DNA from: Candidatus Oxydemutatoraceae bacterium
GTDB taxonomy: Bacteria > Pseudomonadota > Gammaproteobacteria > Poriferisulfidales > Oxydemutatoraceae
Reading direction: 5' to 3'
Length of the DNA: 64,000 bases
Assembly: GCA_965211995.1 (NCBI GenBank)
Contig: OZ243040.1
Location: 1,031,620-1,095,619 of the forward strand
Part shown: positions 51,712-60,473 of the stretch, one piece after another
Numbering within the stretch: position 1 is the first letter of the stretch
How the letters are laid out: every line of letters begins with the position of its first letter
Made by a program: the position numbers and the translations under genes
Notes under the pieces: model-generated
Database searches by the model: none
The model's input: only the letters and a program-made list of their open reading frames with translations
Told to the model about the DNA's origin: nothing

Positions 51712-52722
51712 TTGATGAACGACCGCTGGCAACAAGAATTGCAAAACTCGGTCACGCGCGTCGCCGATCTTTTGCACGCGCTCGAACTCGACCCCGACGA
51801 GTTGCCGTTCGCCCGCGATATCAAAGACTTCCCGACGCGGGTGCCGCGCCCTTATCTCGCGCGCATACGCAAGCGCGACGCCGGCGACCCGCTGCTGCGC
51901 CAGGTGCTGCCGGTCGCCGACGAGACCATTCATTCCCCCGGATACGCCGTTGATCCGGTCGGCGATCTCGGCGCGCACCGCGGCGGCGGCGTCCTGCACA
52001 AATACCACGGCCGGGTGCTGCTGGTCGTCACCGGCGCCTGCGCGATCCACTGCCGCTACTGCTTCCGCCGCCACTTCCCCTACGCCGGGCACGCGCTCGC
52101 ACGCAGCCTCGACCGCGCGCTCGCCTACGTCGCGCGCGACGCGAGCGTCGAGGAAGTCATTCTGAGCGGCGGCGACCCGCTGAGCCTGAGCAACCCGCGG
52201 CTGTTTGAGTTGTGCCGGCGGATCGAAAGCATCGCCCACGTACGGCGCATCCGCATACACACCCGCCTGCCGATCGTCGTGCCGTCGCGTCTGGAAGACG
52301 AGTTATGCAACTGGCTCAACCGCCGCCCGAAACGCTACCTCGTGGTCTTCCACATCAACCATCCGGCGGAGATCGCAACCGACGTCGAGCGCGCGGTATC
52401 ACGCCTGACGGCGCCGACGCTGATGAACCAGGCGGTGCTGCTCAAAGGCGTGAACGACGACGCCCGCACCCTCGCCGACCTGAGCCGCAAGTGCTTCGGC
52501 GCGGGCATTTTGCCGTATTACCTGCACCTGCTCGACCGCGTGCGGGGCGCGGCGCATTTCGAAGTCGACGCGGCGCGCGCGCAGGCGCTGATGCGCGAAC
52601 TTGCAACCCTGCTTCCGGGGTATCTCGTACCGCGGCTTGCACGCGACGACGGCGGCCCCTCAAAACAATTCCCGCTGCAACACGCCGGCAGTGAACGCCC
52701 GCGTCCTTCGCGCACAACTTGA
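51712..52722 (+). CDS. epmB: EF-P beta-lysylation protein EpmB (lysine 2,3-aminomutase-like radical SAM, YjeK)
   Basis: CAIHCRYCFRR is the radical-SAM motif. The C-terminus LPGYLVPRLARDDGGPSKQFPL matches the YjeK end. It is divergent from efp-epmA. Confidence 0.88.
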   Translation: MMNDRWQQELQNSVTRVADLLHALELDPDELPFARDIKDFPTRVPRPYLARIRKRDAGDPLLRQVLPVADETIHSPGYAVDPVGDLGAHRGGGVLHKYHGRVLLVVTGACAIHCRYCFRRHFPYAGHALARSLDRALAYVARDASVEEVILSGGDPLSLSNPRLFELCRRIESIAHVRRIRIHTRLPIVVPSRLEDELCNWLNRRPKRYLVVFHINHPAEIATDVERAVSRLTAPTLMNQAVLLKGVNDDARTLADLSRKCFGAGILPYYLHLLDRVRGAAHFEVDAARAQALMRELATLLPGYLVPRLARDDGGPSKQFPLQHAGSERPRPSRTT

Positions 52723-52880
52723 TCCACCCGTGCCGAGGCTTGCACGCGACGACGGCGGCCCTTCAAAACAATTCCCGCTGCAACACGCCGGCAGTGAACG
52801 CCCGCGTCCTTCGCGCACAACTTGATCCACCCGTGCCGAGGCTTGCACGCGACGACGGCGGCTCTTCAAAGCAGTCCTCG
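52632..52880. repeat. 102-bp tandem repeat, about 2.5 copies, duplicating the last roughly 30 codons of epmB
   Basis: cttgcacgcgacgacggcgg.c.ttcaaaacaattcccgctgcaacacgccggcagtgaacgcccgcgtccttcgcgcacaacttgatccacccgtgccgagg is repeated. Track ORFs 52601..52825 and 52719..53468 re-encode ...VPRLARDDGGPSKQ.... Confidence 0.7.
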
Positions 52881-52924
52881 GATTCAAGCCTGAACACAAC
52901 GTCTGCCCGTCATCCTCTTGTGCC

Positions 52925-53080
52925 TGTCCGCCTCATCTGTGGATTTATCTTTGACCGGGCTGTCTTGTTTGAGCCTCAGGCGATGCCGCGCAACGCTTGC
53001 CTTCTTCCTTTTACCGCACTCCGGACTGAAAGAAGTCCCCGCTCCCGCATCAACCGCAAGCCGTCGTCGAAAGACGCCGG
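52925..53080. repeat. Dispersed repeat family 2, copy B
   Basis: cgcctcatctgtggatttatctttgacc...cttgtttgagcctcaggcgatgccgcgc...gcactccggactgaaag matches 24545-24760. Confidence 0.5.
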
Positions 53081-53173
53081 CGCGACCGCCGCGAGCCTGG
53101 TCCAAACCCGCCCCCCAATGCTTGTCGGCAACGAATTGCCGGCCGGCGGGAACTTTGCGTCACTTGGCCCGGA

Positions 53174-54058
53174 TTACCTCCGCTCGAGTGCGCCGATGCG
53201 CTCGGCGAGCGGTGGATGGCTCATGAACAGGCGCTTCAGCCCCGTAGCGCCGCCGCCCCTGATGCCGAAAGCCGCGAACTGCTTCGGCAGGTCGGGGGTT
53301 TCGTGCACCGCTTGCAGGCGCTTGAGCGCGGCGATCATCCGGTCGCGTCCCGCGAGGCGCGCACCGCCCTCGTCGGCACGGAATTCACGGCGGCGTGAAA
53401 ACCACATAACGATAGTCGTCGCCAGGATCGACAAGACGATCTGCGCGAGGATCGAAGTGATGAAGTAGGCCGGACCGTAGCCGTGTTGCGATCTGAACAC
53501 CACGCGGCTCACGATATGGCCGATGATGCGCGACAGGAAAATCACGAACGTATTGATCACGCCCTGGATCAGGGTCAGCGTCACCATATCGCCGTTGGCG
53601 ACGTGGCTGATCTCGTGGCCGAGCACCGCCTCGACCTCGCCGGGTTCCAGCGTGTGCAACAGCCCCTCGCTGACCGCGACCAGCGCCTTGTTGCGGAACA
53701 TCCCGGTTGCGAACGCGTTCGGCTGCGACGACGGAAAAACCCCGACTTCGGGCCTCGCGATGCCCGCGGCTTCGGCCTGCCGTGCGACCGTATCAAGCAG
53801 CCATTTTTCCTTGCCGCCGCCCGGCCCGGCGATGACTCTGACACCCAGCGAGCGCTTCGCCATCGCCTTCGACATCGCGAGCGAAATAAAGGCGCCGGAC
53901 ATGCCGAACGCCGCCGAGATGATCAGCAAACCGGTCAGGTTGAGATCCGATCCGCTTCTTAAGAGCAGGTTTTCAACGCCGAACAGGCTCAGCGTAATGT
54001 TCAATACGAACAAAACCGCGAGGTTGGTCGCCATCAGCAAAGCGATCCTTGTCAACAT
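53174..54058 (-). CDS. htpX: Protease HtpX (M48 zinc metalloprotease, membrane)
   Basis: HEISHVANGD is HExxH. Four TM segments. 294 aa. Confidence 0.9.
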   Translation of the reverse strand: MLTRIALLMATNLAVLFVLNITLSLFGVENLLLRSGSDLNLTGLLIISAAFGMSGAFISLAMSKAMAKRSLGVRVIAGPGGGKEKWLLDTVARQAEAAGIARPEVGVFPSSQPNAFATGMFRNKALVAVSEGLLHTLEPGEVEAVLGHEISHVANGDMVTLTLIQGVINTFVIFLSRIIGHIVSRVVFRSQHGYGPAYFITSILAQIVLSILATTIVMWFSRRREFRADEGGARLAGRDRMIAALKRLQAVHETPDLPKQFAAFGIRGGGATGLKRLFMSHPPLAERIGALERR

Positions 54059-54640
54059 AGCGCATCCTCCACTTCGAGACGGTCAATGCTGCGGCAGCTC
54101 TGAGGCAACTTGTGCCCGCGCCGCAATGTTCAATACGAACAAAACCGCGAGGTTGGTCGCCATCAGCAAAGCGATCCTTGTCAACATAGCGCGTCCTCCA
54201 CTCCGAGACGGTCAACGCTGCGGCAGCCCTGAGGCATCTTGCGCCCGCGCCGCAATGTTCAACACGAACAAAACCGCGAGATCAGTCGCCATCAGCAAAG
54301 CGATCCTCATCAGCATAGCGCGTCCTCCACTTCGAGACGGTCAACGCTGCGGCAGCCCTGAGGCAACTTGTGCCCGCGCCGCAATGTTCAACACGAACAA
54401 AACCGCGAGATCAGTCGCCATCAGCAAAGCGATCCTCATCAGCATAGCGCGTCCTCCACTTCGAGACGGTCAACGCTGCGGCAGCCCTGAGGCAACTTGT
54501 GCCCGCGCCGCAATGTTCAACACGAACAAAACCGCGAGATCAGTCGCCATCAGCAAAGCGATCCTCGTCAGCATAGCGCGTCCTCCACTTCGAGACGGTC
54601 AACTTTGCGGCAGCCCTGAGGCAACTTGCGCCCGCGCTGC
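54057..54640. repeat. 129-bp (43-codon) tandem repeat, about 4.5 copies, duplicating the htpX promoter-proximal region and first roughly 20 codons
   Basis: The unit boundaries, marked by atagcgcgtcctccact(t/c)cgagacgg, are at 54057, 54186, 54315, 54444 and 54573. On the minus strand each unit contains ATG CTG ATG AGG ATC GCT TTG CTG ATG GCG ACT GAT CTC GCG GTT TTG TTC GTG TTG AAC ATT GCG ... TGA. That is a 34-aa [37 protein letters not shown], which is a copy of the HtpX TM1. Confidence 0.8.
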
Positions 54641-57156
54641 CCGCGCCGGCCGCGGTAATGCGCCAGATCGGCGAACGCGATGCGCTTGAGGCGGCGCCCG
54701 GCATGCACGATCAGCGTCTGTCCCGGCTGCACGCAGATCGCGGCCGCAAGGCTTTCCTCGCCTGAAGCCAGGCGGCTTTTCGGTATATTGATCAACTTGT
54801 TGCCCCGCCCCTTTGACAATACCGGAATCTCCGCCAGCGGCACGACCAGCATATAGCCTGCGCTGCCGACCGCCACGGCGAGACCGGTCTTCGGGTCGCC
54901 CGCGGACGCCGCGGCGAGCGCGTGCGCGCCTTGGGGCACGCTCAACACTTGCTTGCCGGCGCGCTTGTGCGAGACGGTGTCGCCGAAACGCACCAGCAGT
55001 GCATAGCCGTGGCTGCTCGCGAGCAGATGCAAGCGGTCGCCGCCGCCGGTCATCACGCCGACGAAGTTCGTCGCTTCCGACAATGAAAAACAACTGCTGA
55101 GCGGCTCGCCCTGCCCGCGCGGCGACGGCAGGCTGCGCGCAGGCAGGCTGTAGCAACGGCCGCGCCCGTCGAGGAAAACCGCGTCGCGGCGGTTGTCGCC
55201 GCGCGCGATCGCGAGGAAAGCGTCTTTGGTGCGGTATTCAAGCGCCGCGGCGTCAACCTCGTGCCCGCGCACCACGCGCACCCACCCCATCCTCGACAAT
55301 ACGATCGAAAGATTTTCGACCGGCACCAACTGTTCATGTTTAAGTTCCTCGGCCGCGCCGCGCGCGACCAGCCGGGTGCGCCGTTCGTCGCCGCAGGCTG
55401 CGACGTCCGCCTTGAGTTCTTTTTTGACCAGGGTCTTCAGGCGCCGCGCCGACTTCAGGTACGCTTCGACGTCTTTTTTCTGCGCGCTCAGTCTCCGCTG
55501 CTCCTCGCGGATACGGATTTCCTCGAGTTTCGACAACTGGCGCAAACGGATCTCGAGGACCGCGCGCACCTGCACCTCGCTGAGCTTGAAGCGGCGCATC
55601 AACTCGGCCCCGGGGTCGTCCTCCTTGCGAATGATCGCGATCACCGCATCGAGATTGAGATACACGATCATCAGCCCGCCGAGTTCTTCGAGACGGCGGT
55701 TGATCTTAGCGAGGCGCCACGCGAGGCGGCGGCGGACCGTGTCCTTCCTGAAGTCGAGCCATTCGCCGAGCAGTGCCTTGAGCGTTTTGACCTGCGGCTT
55801 GCCGTCGTTGCCGATCACGTTGAAATTGACGCGGCGGTTGTATTCGAGGTCGGTGGTCGCGAACAGGTGCGACATCAGGCGCTCGCGGTCAACGCGCTTG
55901 CCGCGCGGCACCAGCACGAGCCTGACCGGATGCTCCTGGTCGGACTCGTCGCGCAGGTCCTCGATCCACGGCAATTTTTTGTCCCTGACCTGCGCCGCGA
56001 TCTGCTCGAGCACGCGCGTCGCCGACACCTGGTACGGCAGCGAAGTGATTACGATCTCGCCCCGCTCGACAACGCAGGTCGCGCGGATGCGGATCATCCC
56101 GGCGCCGTGCTCGTAGATCCCGCGCACGTCCCCGGTGTCGCTGACAATCTCGGCGCCGCCCGGAAAATCCGGCCCGCGCACGTCTTCAAGCAACTCGGCC
56201 AGCGTCGCTTTGGGCGAGTCGAGCAGGCGGATGCACGCCGCCGCCACTTCGCCGAGGTTGTGCGGCGGGACATCGGTCGCCATGCCGACGGCGATGCCCG
56301 AGGTGCCGTTCAGCAACAGGTTCGGCAGCCGCGCCGGCAGGCGCACGGGCTCCTCGAGCGTGCCGTCGAAGTTCGTGCGCCAGTCGGTCGTGCCCTGATC
56401 CAACTCTTCGGTCAGCGTCTTGGCGTAGGCGCTCAGGCGCGCTTCGGTGTAGCGCATCGCCGCGAACGACTTGGGGTTGTCAATCGAGCCCCAGTTGCCC
56501 TGTCCGTCGATCAGCGGGTAGCGGTAACCGAAAGGCTGCGCCATCAGCACCATCGCCTCGTAGCAGGCGGCGTCGCCGTGCGGGTGATACTTGCCGATCA
56601 CGTCGCCGACCGTGCGTGCGGACTTTTTCGGTTTGGCGCCGGCGTTGAGTCCGAGTTCGGACATCGCATAAACGATCCGCCGCTGCACCGGCTTCAGACC
56701 ATCGCCGAGAGCGGGCAGCGCGCGGTCGAGCACGACGTACATCGAGTAGTCGAGGTAGGCGCGCTCGGCGAACTCGACCAGCGGAACCCGGCTGGCGGGG
56801 GCGGCGGGGACGGCTTGCCGCGGGGGCTTGCCGCCGCCTTTCTTGACCGGGGCGCCGGCTTCAAGTTTGAACGCCGGCCCGTCGTCCTCTTGCGTCCGTC
56901 CGCGGCGTCTTTTGTATTTCCCCCCACCGCCCGGGCTGCGCCCGGCCGACTTTCCCTCAAGGGGAGAGTGTTCTTCAGCGGCCTGCGCTTTTTTCTTTGG
57001 CCGCACTTCGGACTGGAAGTTGGCGGCTTCCTTTACGACAGATTTCTTTGCGCCGGCTTTAGCGGATTTTTTCTTCGCGGCCACCTTGACGGATTTTTTC
57101 TTCGCGGCTTCCTTAGCGGCTCTCCGGACGGCGCCTTTTGCAACGACTCTTGCCAC
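54568..57156 (-). CDS. parC: DNA topoisomerase IV subunit A (ParC), with an unusual N-terminal extension
   Basis: The conserved core starts ...[44 protein letters not shown] at about 56800 and carries the active-site Tyr region ...[10 protein letters not shown]. There is no ATG/GTG/TTG between the MITE copy and the core. The only in-frame starts are a GTG inside the MITE (about 56990) or the GTG at 57156, which lies 5 nt after the HAD-gene stop. The latter would add an Ala/Lys-rich tail, [22 protein letters not shown]. Confidence 0.8.
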   Translation of the reverse strand: MARVVAKGAVRRAAKEAAKKKSVKVAAKKKSAKAGAKKSVVKEAANFQSEVRPKKKAQAAEEHSPLEGKSAGRSPGGGGKYKRRRGRTQEDDGPAFKLEAGAPVKKGGGKPPRQAVPAAPASRVPLVEFAERAYLDYSMYVVLDRALPALGDGLKPVQRRIVYAMSELGLNAGAKPKKSARTVGDVIGKYHPHGDAACYEAMVLMAQPFGYRYPLIDGQGNWGSIDNPKSFAAMRYTEARLSAYAKTLTEELDQGTTDWRTNFDGTLEEPVRLPARLPNLLLNGTSGIAVGMATDVPPHNLGEVAAACIRLLDSPKATLAELLEDVRGPDFPGGAEIVSDTGDVRGIYEHGAGMIRIRATCVVERGEIVITSLPYQVSATRVLEQIAAQVRDKKLPWIEDLRDESDQEHPVRLVLVPRGKRVDRERLMSHLFATTDLEYNRRVNFNVIGNDGKPQVKTLKALLGEWLDFRKDTVRRRLAWRLAKINRRLEELGGLMIVYLNLDAVIAIIRKEDDPGAELMRRFKLSEVQVRAVLEIRLRQLSKLEEIRIREEQRRLSAQKKDVEAYLKSARRLKTLVKKELKADVAACGDERRTRLVARGAAEELKHEQLVPVENLSIVLSRMGWVRVVRGHEVDAAALEYRTKDAFLAIARGDNRRDAVFLDGRGRCYSLPARSLPSPRGQGEPLSSCFSLSEATNFVGVMTGGGDRLHLLASSHGYALLVRFGDTVSHKRAGKQVLSVPQGAHALAAASAGDPKTGLAVAVGSAGYMLVVPLAEIPVLSKGRGNKLINIPKSRLASGEESLAAAICVQPGQTLIVHAGRRLKRIAFADLAHYRGRRGQRGRKLPQGCRKVDRLEVEDALC
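56865..57020. repeat. MITE-like element copy (inverted orientation relative to the copy at 58155) inside the parC 5' region
   Basis: ggcttcaagtttgaacgcc...gtcttttgtatttcccccc...ccctcaagggg...ccgcacttcggactgg. Confidence 0.6.
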
Positions 57157-57160
57157 CGCG

Positions 57161-58090
57161 TCACTCGCTCAAATGACCGGGCGCAGTGCCGACGCTGCTT
57201 TCGAGTTGGCGCGCGCGCCGCTCGACGATGCCGTCGGCGACGTCTCTCGCGGTGCGCATCAGCCAGCGCCAGGTCGGCGTATCGGTGCGGTAGTCGGCCG
57301 GCCCCATCGCATCTACGCGCCGCTCCTTGTGCAGCAGGTCGTAGGCCTGGTCGTAGGCGAGTTCGGAGTGCGGATTGTGCACCGCGTAAGTGCGTCCGCC
57401 GAGGCGCTTGACCACCGAAAACACCGGCACGTCGCTCGGCCCGTCGGCGACGTAGATCATCTGCGGGATCGGCACGCGCCGCTCGCTTTCCTCCATGCGC
57501 GCGTTCACGTCGATGCCGGGCTCGACGTTGACGCCCTTGTTGATCTCGAAAATCGCGCGCGTCTTGGTGGTGTGATCGAGCACGTAGCCGATCGAAGACA
57601 AGCGCGTGCGCCCGTCGCCGCCCCGCTCGTCGAGCAACTCGCAGCCCCACACCCCGTCGAGATGACCGTGCAACGCGCTGCCGGCGATCATCTGCCGCAG
57701 GCCGGTGCTGACGACGTAGTGCTCGACCTTGATGTCGTGCGCTTGGTACGGCTCGCGTTCCAGCACCCGCTTCATCTCGTCGAAAAATTCCGGCAACCCC
57801 GGATAGAACTCAAGTTCGGCGCCGAGCGCGCGCAATTTGTCGTTGTTCAGCCCCTCGAAGACGCCGCGGCGCACGTAATCGAGAATATGACTCAGGTACA
57901 GCACCTCGTTGGACGTCTGATCGCAACCCTGCTCCTTGTACTTATCGGGCAGTTGATTGACTTCGTCCCAGAAAGCGCGCTCCTCAATGCCGTAGGCGGC
58001 GAACAGCGGCGCCTGCATGTGACCCGGAATCAGGGTCTTGTCAAAATCCCAGATCACCGCGACGATGTTTTGCGAAAAAAACTGCGTCAT
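57161..58090 (-). CDS. HAD-superfamily hydrolase
   Basis: Motif [13 protein letters not shown] (DxDxT). 309 aa. It lies between parE and parC and is bracketed by an inverted MITE pair. Confidence 0.65.
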   Translation of the reverse strand: MTQFFSQNIVAVIWDFDKTLIPGHMQAPLFAAYGIEERAFWDEVNQLPDKYKEQGCDQTSNEVLYLSHILDYVRRGVFEGLNNDKLRALGAELEFYPGLPEFFDEMKRVLEREPYQAHDIKVEHYVVSTGLRQMIAGSALHGHLDGVWGCELLDERGGDGRTRLSSIGYVLDHTTKTRAIFEINKGVNVEPGIDVNARMEESERRVPIPQMIYVADGPSDVPVFSVVKRLGGRTYAVHNPHSELAYDQAYDLLHKERRVDAMGPADYRTDTPTWRWLMRTARDVADGIVERRARQLESSVGTAPGHLSE

Positions 58091-58154
58091 GCCGGAGCCT
58101 GCGCGAGATTGCCCCTGCCGGCGAGCCGTCCGCGGCGCCCGTAGCCGGGAATTT

Positions 58155-58320
58155 CAACTGCCAGTCCGAAGCGCGGCCAACGGCAGAAAAGCAGGCCGCC
58201 GAAAATCACTTTTTCCCTGAGGGGAAGCCGGCCGGGCGCAGTCCGGCCGGTGGGGGGAAATACAAAAGACGCCACGGACGGACGCAAGAGGACGGCGGGA
58301 CGGCGTTCAAACTTGAATCC
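58155..58320. repeat. MITE-like element copy, flanked by a roughly 155-bp divergent duplication of the parE 3' end / HAD 5' end junction (57985-58140 against 58340-58500)
   Basis: ccagtccgaagcgcgg...ccctgaggggaagccggccggg...ggtggggggaaatacaaaagacgcc...cgttcaaacttgaatcc. The upstream duplicate retains the first roughly 35 HAD codons (MTRLFSQTLVAVIRDFGKTLIPG...) fused to nothing. Confidence 0.6.
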
Positions 58321-58445
58321 GGCGCCCCGGAAAGCGCGCTCCCCGAAGCCGCAGGCGGCGAACAGCGGCGCCTGCACGCAGCCCGGGATCAGGGTCTTGC
58401 CGAAATCCCGGATCACCGCGACGAGGGTTTGCGAAAACAACCGCG

Positions 58446-60335
58446 TCATGCCAGATCCTGCGCGAGGTTGCCCTTGTCGGCGAGCCATGCGCGGCGCTCG
58501 GACGCACGCTTGCGTGCAAGCAGCATGTCCATCGTCTCCTCTTCGGCGGCGCCCGCTGCGTGCACCAGTTGCAGCAGGCAGCGGCGCTCCACGATCATCG
58601 TGGATTCCCTGAGTTGTTGCGGGTTCATCTCGCCGAGTCCCTTGAAGCGCGTGATCCGCGCGCGCGCCGCGTCCCTCTGCGTAAGACCCGCGAGGCAGCG
58701 GTCGCGCTCCTCTTCGTTGTTCGCGTAGTGCACGTCCTTGCCGACGTCGATGCGAAACAGCGGCGGCACCGCGACGTAGGTGTGCCCGGCGGCGACCAGT
58801 TTCGGAAAGTGCCTGACGAACAGCGCGGCGAGCAAAGTCGAGATGTGCAGCCCGTCGGCGTCGGCGTCGGCGAGGATGCAAACCTTGCCGTAACGCAGCC
58901 CGGCGAGGTCGTCGCTGCCGGGCTTGACCCCGATCGCGGTCGCGATGTCGTGGATCTCCTGCGATGCGAGCACGTCGTCGGTGGCGGCCTCCCAGGTGTT
59001 CATGATCTTGCCGCGCAGCGGCATCACCGCTTGGAAGCGCCGGTCGCGCGCCTGCCGCGCCGAGCCGCCCGCCGAGTCGCCCTCGACCAGGAACAACTCG
59101 TTCTCGCCGAGGTCGCTCGAAGCGCAGTCGGCGAGTTTGCCCGGCAGCGCGAGGTTCAGGAACATGCTTTTGCGCGGCTGCTTTGCGTTCTTGCGGCGGC
59201 GCTTGTGCGCGTTCGCGAGCGCGAGTTCGACGATGCGTCCGCCCTCGCGCGGGTGGCGGTTCAGCCACAGGCTCAGCGCGTCTTTGGTCACGCTTTGCAC
59301 CACCGCGGCCGCTTCCTTGTGGGTCAGGCGCTCCTTGGTCTGGCCCGCGAACTGCGGATTTTCGATCTTCAAGGACAGCAGGTAGCAGACGTTCGACCAA
59401 AAGTCGTCGGGCGCCGGCTTGACGTTCTTCGGCGTCAATTCATGGAACTGCATGAACTCGCGCACCGCCTCGACAACCCCCGCGCGCAGGCCGCTGACGT
59501 GGCTGCCGCCCTGCGGCGTCGGCACCAGATTGACGTAACTCTCGGCGGGCGGCGGCGCGTCCTCGCCGACCCAGTTCAAGCACCACGCCAGTTCGTGGTC
59601 CTCGCCCGCGTGGCTGTCGCTGATGTTCTCGCCGAGCAGCAAGACGCACCCGTCGGCGAGCGAGTTGAAGTATTCGGGCAGCCCGTTCTGATAGCACCAC
59701 TCGCTGCGGTCGCCGCCGCGCTCGTCTTCGAGCGTGATGCGCAAGCCCGGACACAGCACCGCCTTTGCGCGCAGCAACCGGCGCAGACGTTTGCGGTCGA
59801 AGCGCACGCTGTCGAAAAACTCAGGGTCGGGGCGGAAGCGGATAGCCGAGCCCGAGGCGCGTTTTGCCGTCTTGCCGACCTCTGCGAGCGGACCCGTCGC
59901 CTTGCCGCCGCTGAAAGCCATGTTGTATTCCTTGCCGCCGCGCTTGATCCAGATCTCGAGGTGCTGCGACAAGGCGTTGACCACCGACACGCCGACCCCG
60001 TGCAGGCCGCCGGCGTAGCGGTAATGGCGGTCCGAGAACTTGCCGCCCGAATGCAGCGTCGTCAAAATCACCTCGACGCCGGAGCATTTGCGCTGAGGGT
60101 GCTTATCCACCGGCATGCCGCGCCCGTCGTCGCGCACGCTCAGCGAGTGGTCGCGGTGCAGCGTGATCTCGATCACGCCGGCGTGTCCCGCCAGCGCTTC
60201 ATCCACGCTATTATCTATGACTTCCTGCGCAAGATGGTCGGGGCTCGCGGTGTCGGTGTACATGCTCGGGCGCTTTCGCACCGGGTCGAGCCCGCTCAGG
60301 ATCTCGATTGAAGCCGCATCGTAGGAGGCGTGCAT
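58446..60335 (-). CDS. parE: DNA topoisomerase IV subunit B (ParE)
   Basis: MHASYDAASIEILSGLDPVRKRPSMYTDT...EVIDNSVDEA are the GHKL ATPase motifs. A Toprim EGDSAGGS is present. 630 aa, matching ParE size rather than GyrB. The 50 extra N-terminal codons in the track are Arg-rich junk. Confidence 0.88.
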   Translation of the reverse strand: MHASYDAASIEILSGLDPVRKRPSMYTDTASPDHLAQEVIDNSVDEALAGHAGVIEITLHRDHSLSVRDDGRGMPVDKHPQRKCSGVEVILTTLHSGGKFSDRHYRYAGGLHGVGVSVVNALSQHLEIWIKRGGKEYNMAFSGGKATGPLAEVGKTAKRASGSAIRFRPDPEFFDSVRFDRKRLRRLLRAKAVLCPGLRITLEDERGGDRSEWCYQNGLPEYFNSLADGCVLLLGENISDSHAGEDHELAWCLNWVGEDAPPPAESYVNLVPTPQGGSHVSGLRAGVVEAVREFMQFHELTPKNVKPAPDDFWSNVCYLLSLKIENPQFAGQTKERLTHKEAAAVVQSVTKDALSLWLNRHPREGGRIVELALANAHKRRRKNAKQPRKSMFLNLALPGKLADCASSDLGENELFLVEGDSAGGSARQARDRRFQAVMPLRGKIMNTWEAATDDVLASQEIHDIATAIGVKPGSDDLAGLRYGKVCILADADADGLHISTLLAALFVRHFPKLVAAGHTYVAVPPLFRIDVGKDVHYANNEEERDRCLAGLTQRDAARARITRFKGLGEMNPQQLRESTMIVERRCLLQLVHAAGAAEEETMDMLLARKRASERRAWLADKGNLAQDLA

Positions 60336-60473
60336 GATTAAAAGCAAGGTGATAAACGATGAATTATAAACCAGGCCCTCCGACGTCGGACGCCGACCGG
60401 CCCGCGCCGCGGCACGCCCGCAGCGGCGGCGGCGGGCATTAACGCGACGACGACACCGAACGCTGCGGCGGCG

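Noticed and set aside
58560-60311. 583-aa ORF antisense to parE, and the 437-aa ORF 58087..59400
   Set aside because: Shadow or out-of-frame ORFs. The N-terminus of 58087..59400 merely re-reads the duplicated HAD start.
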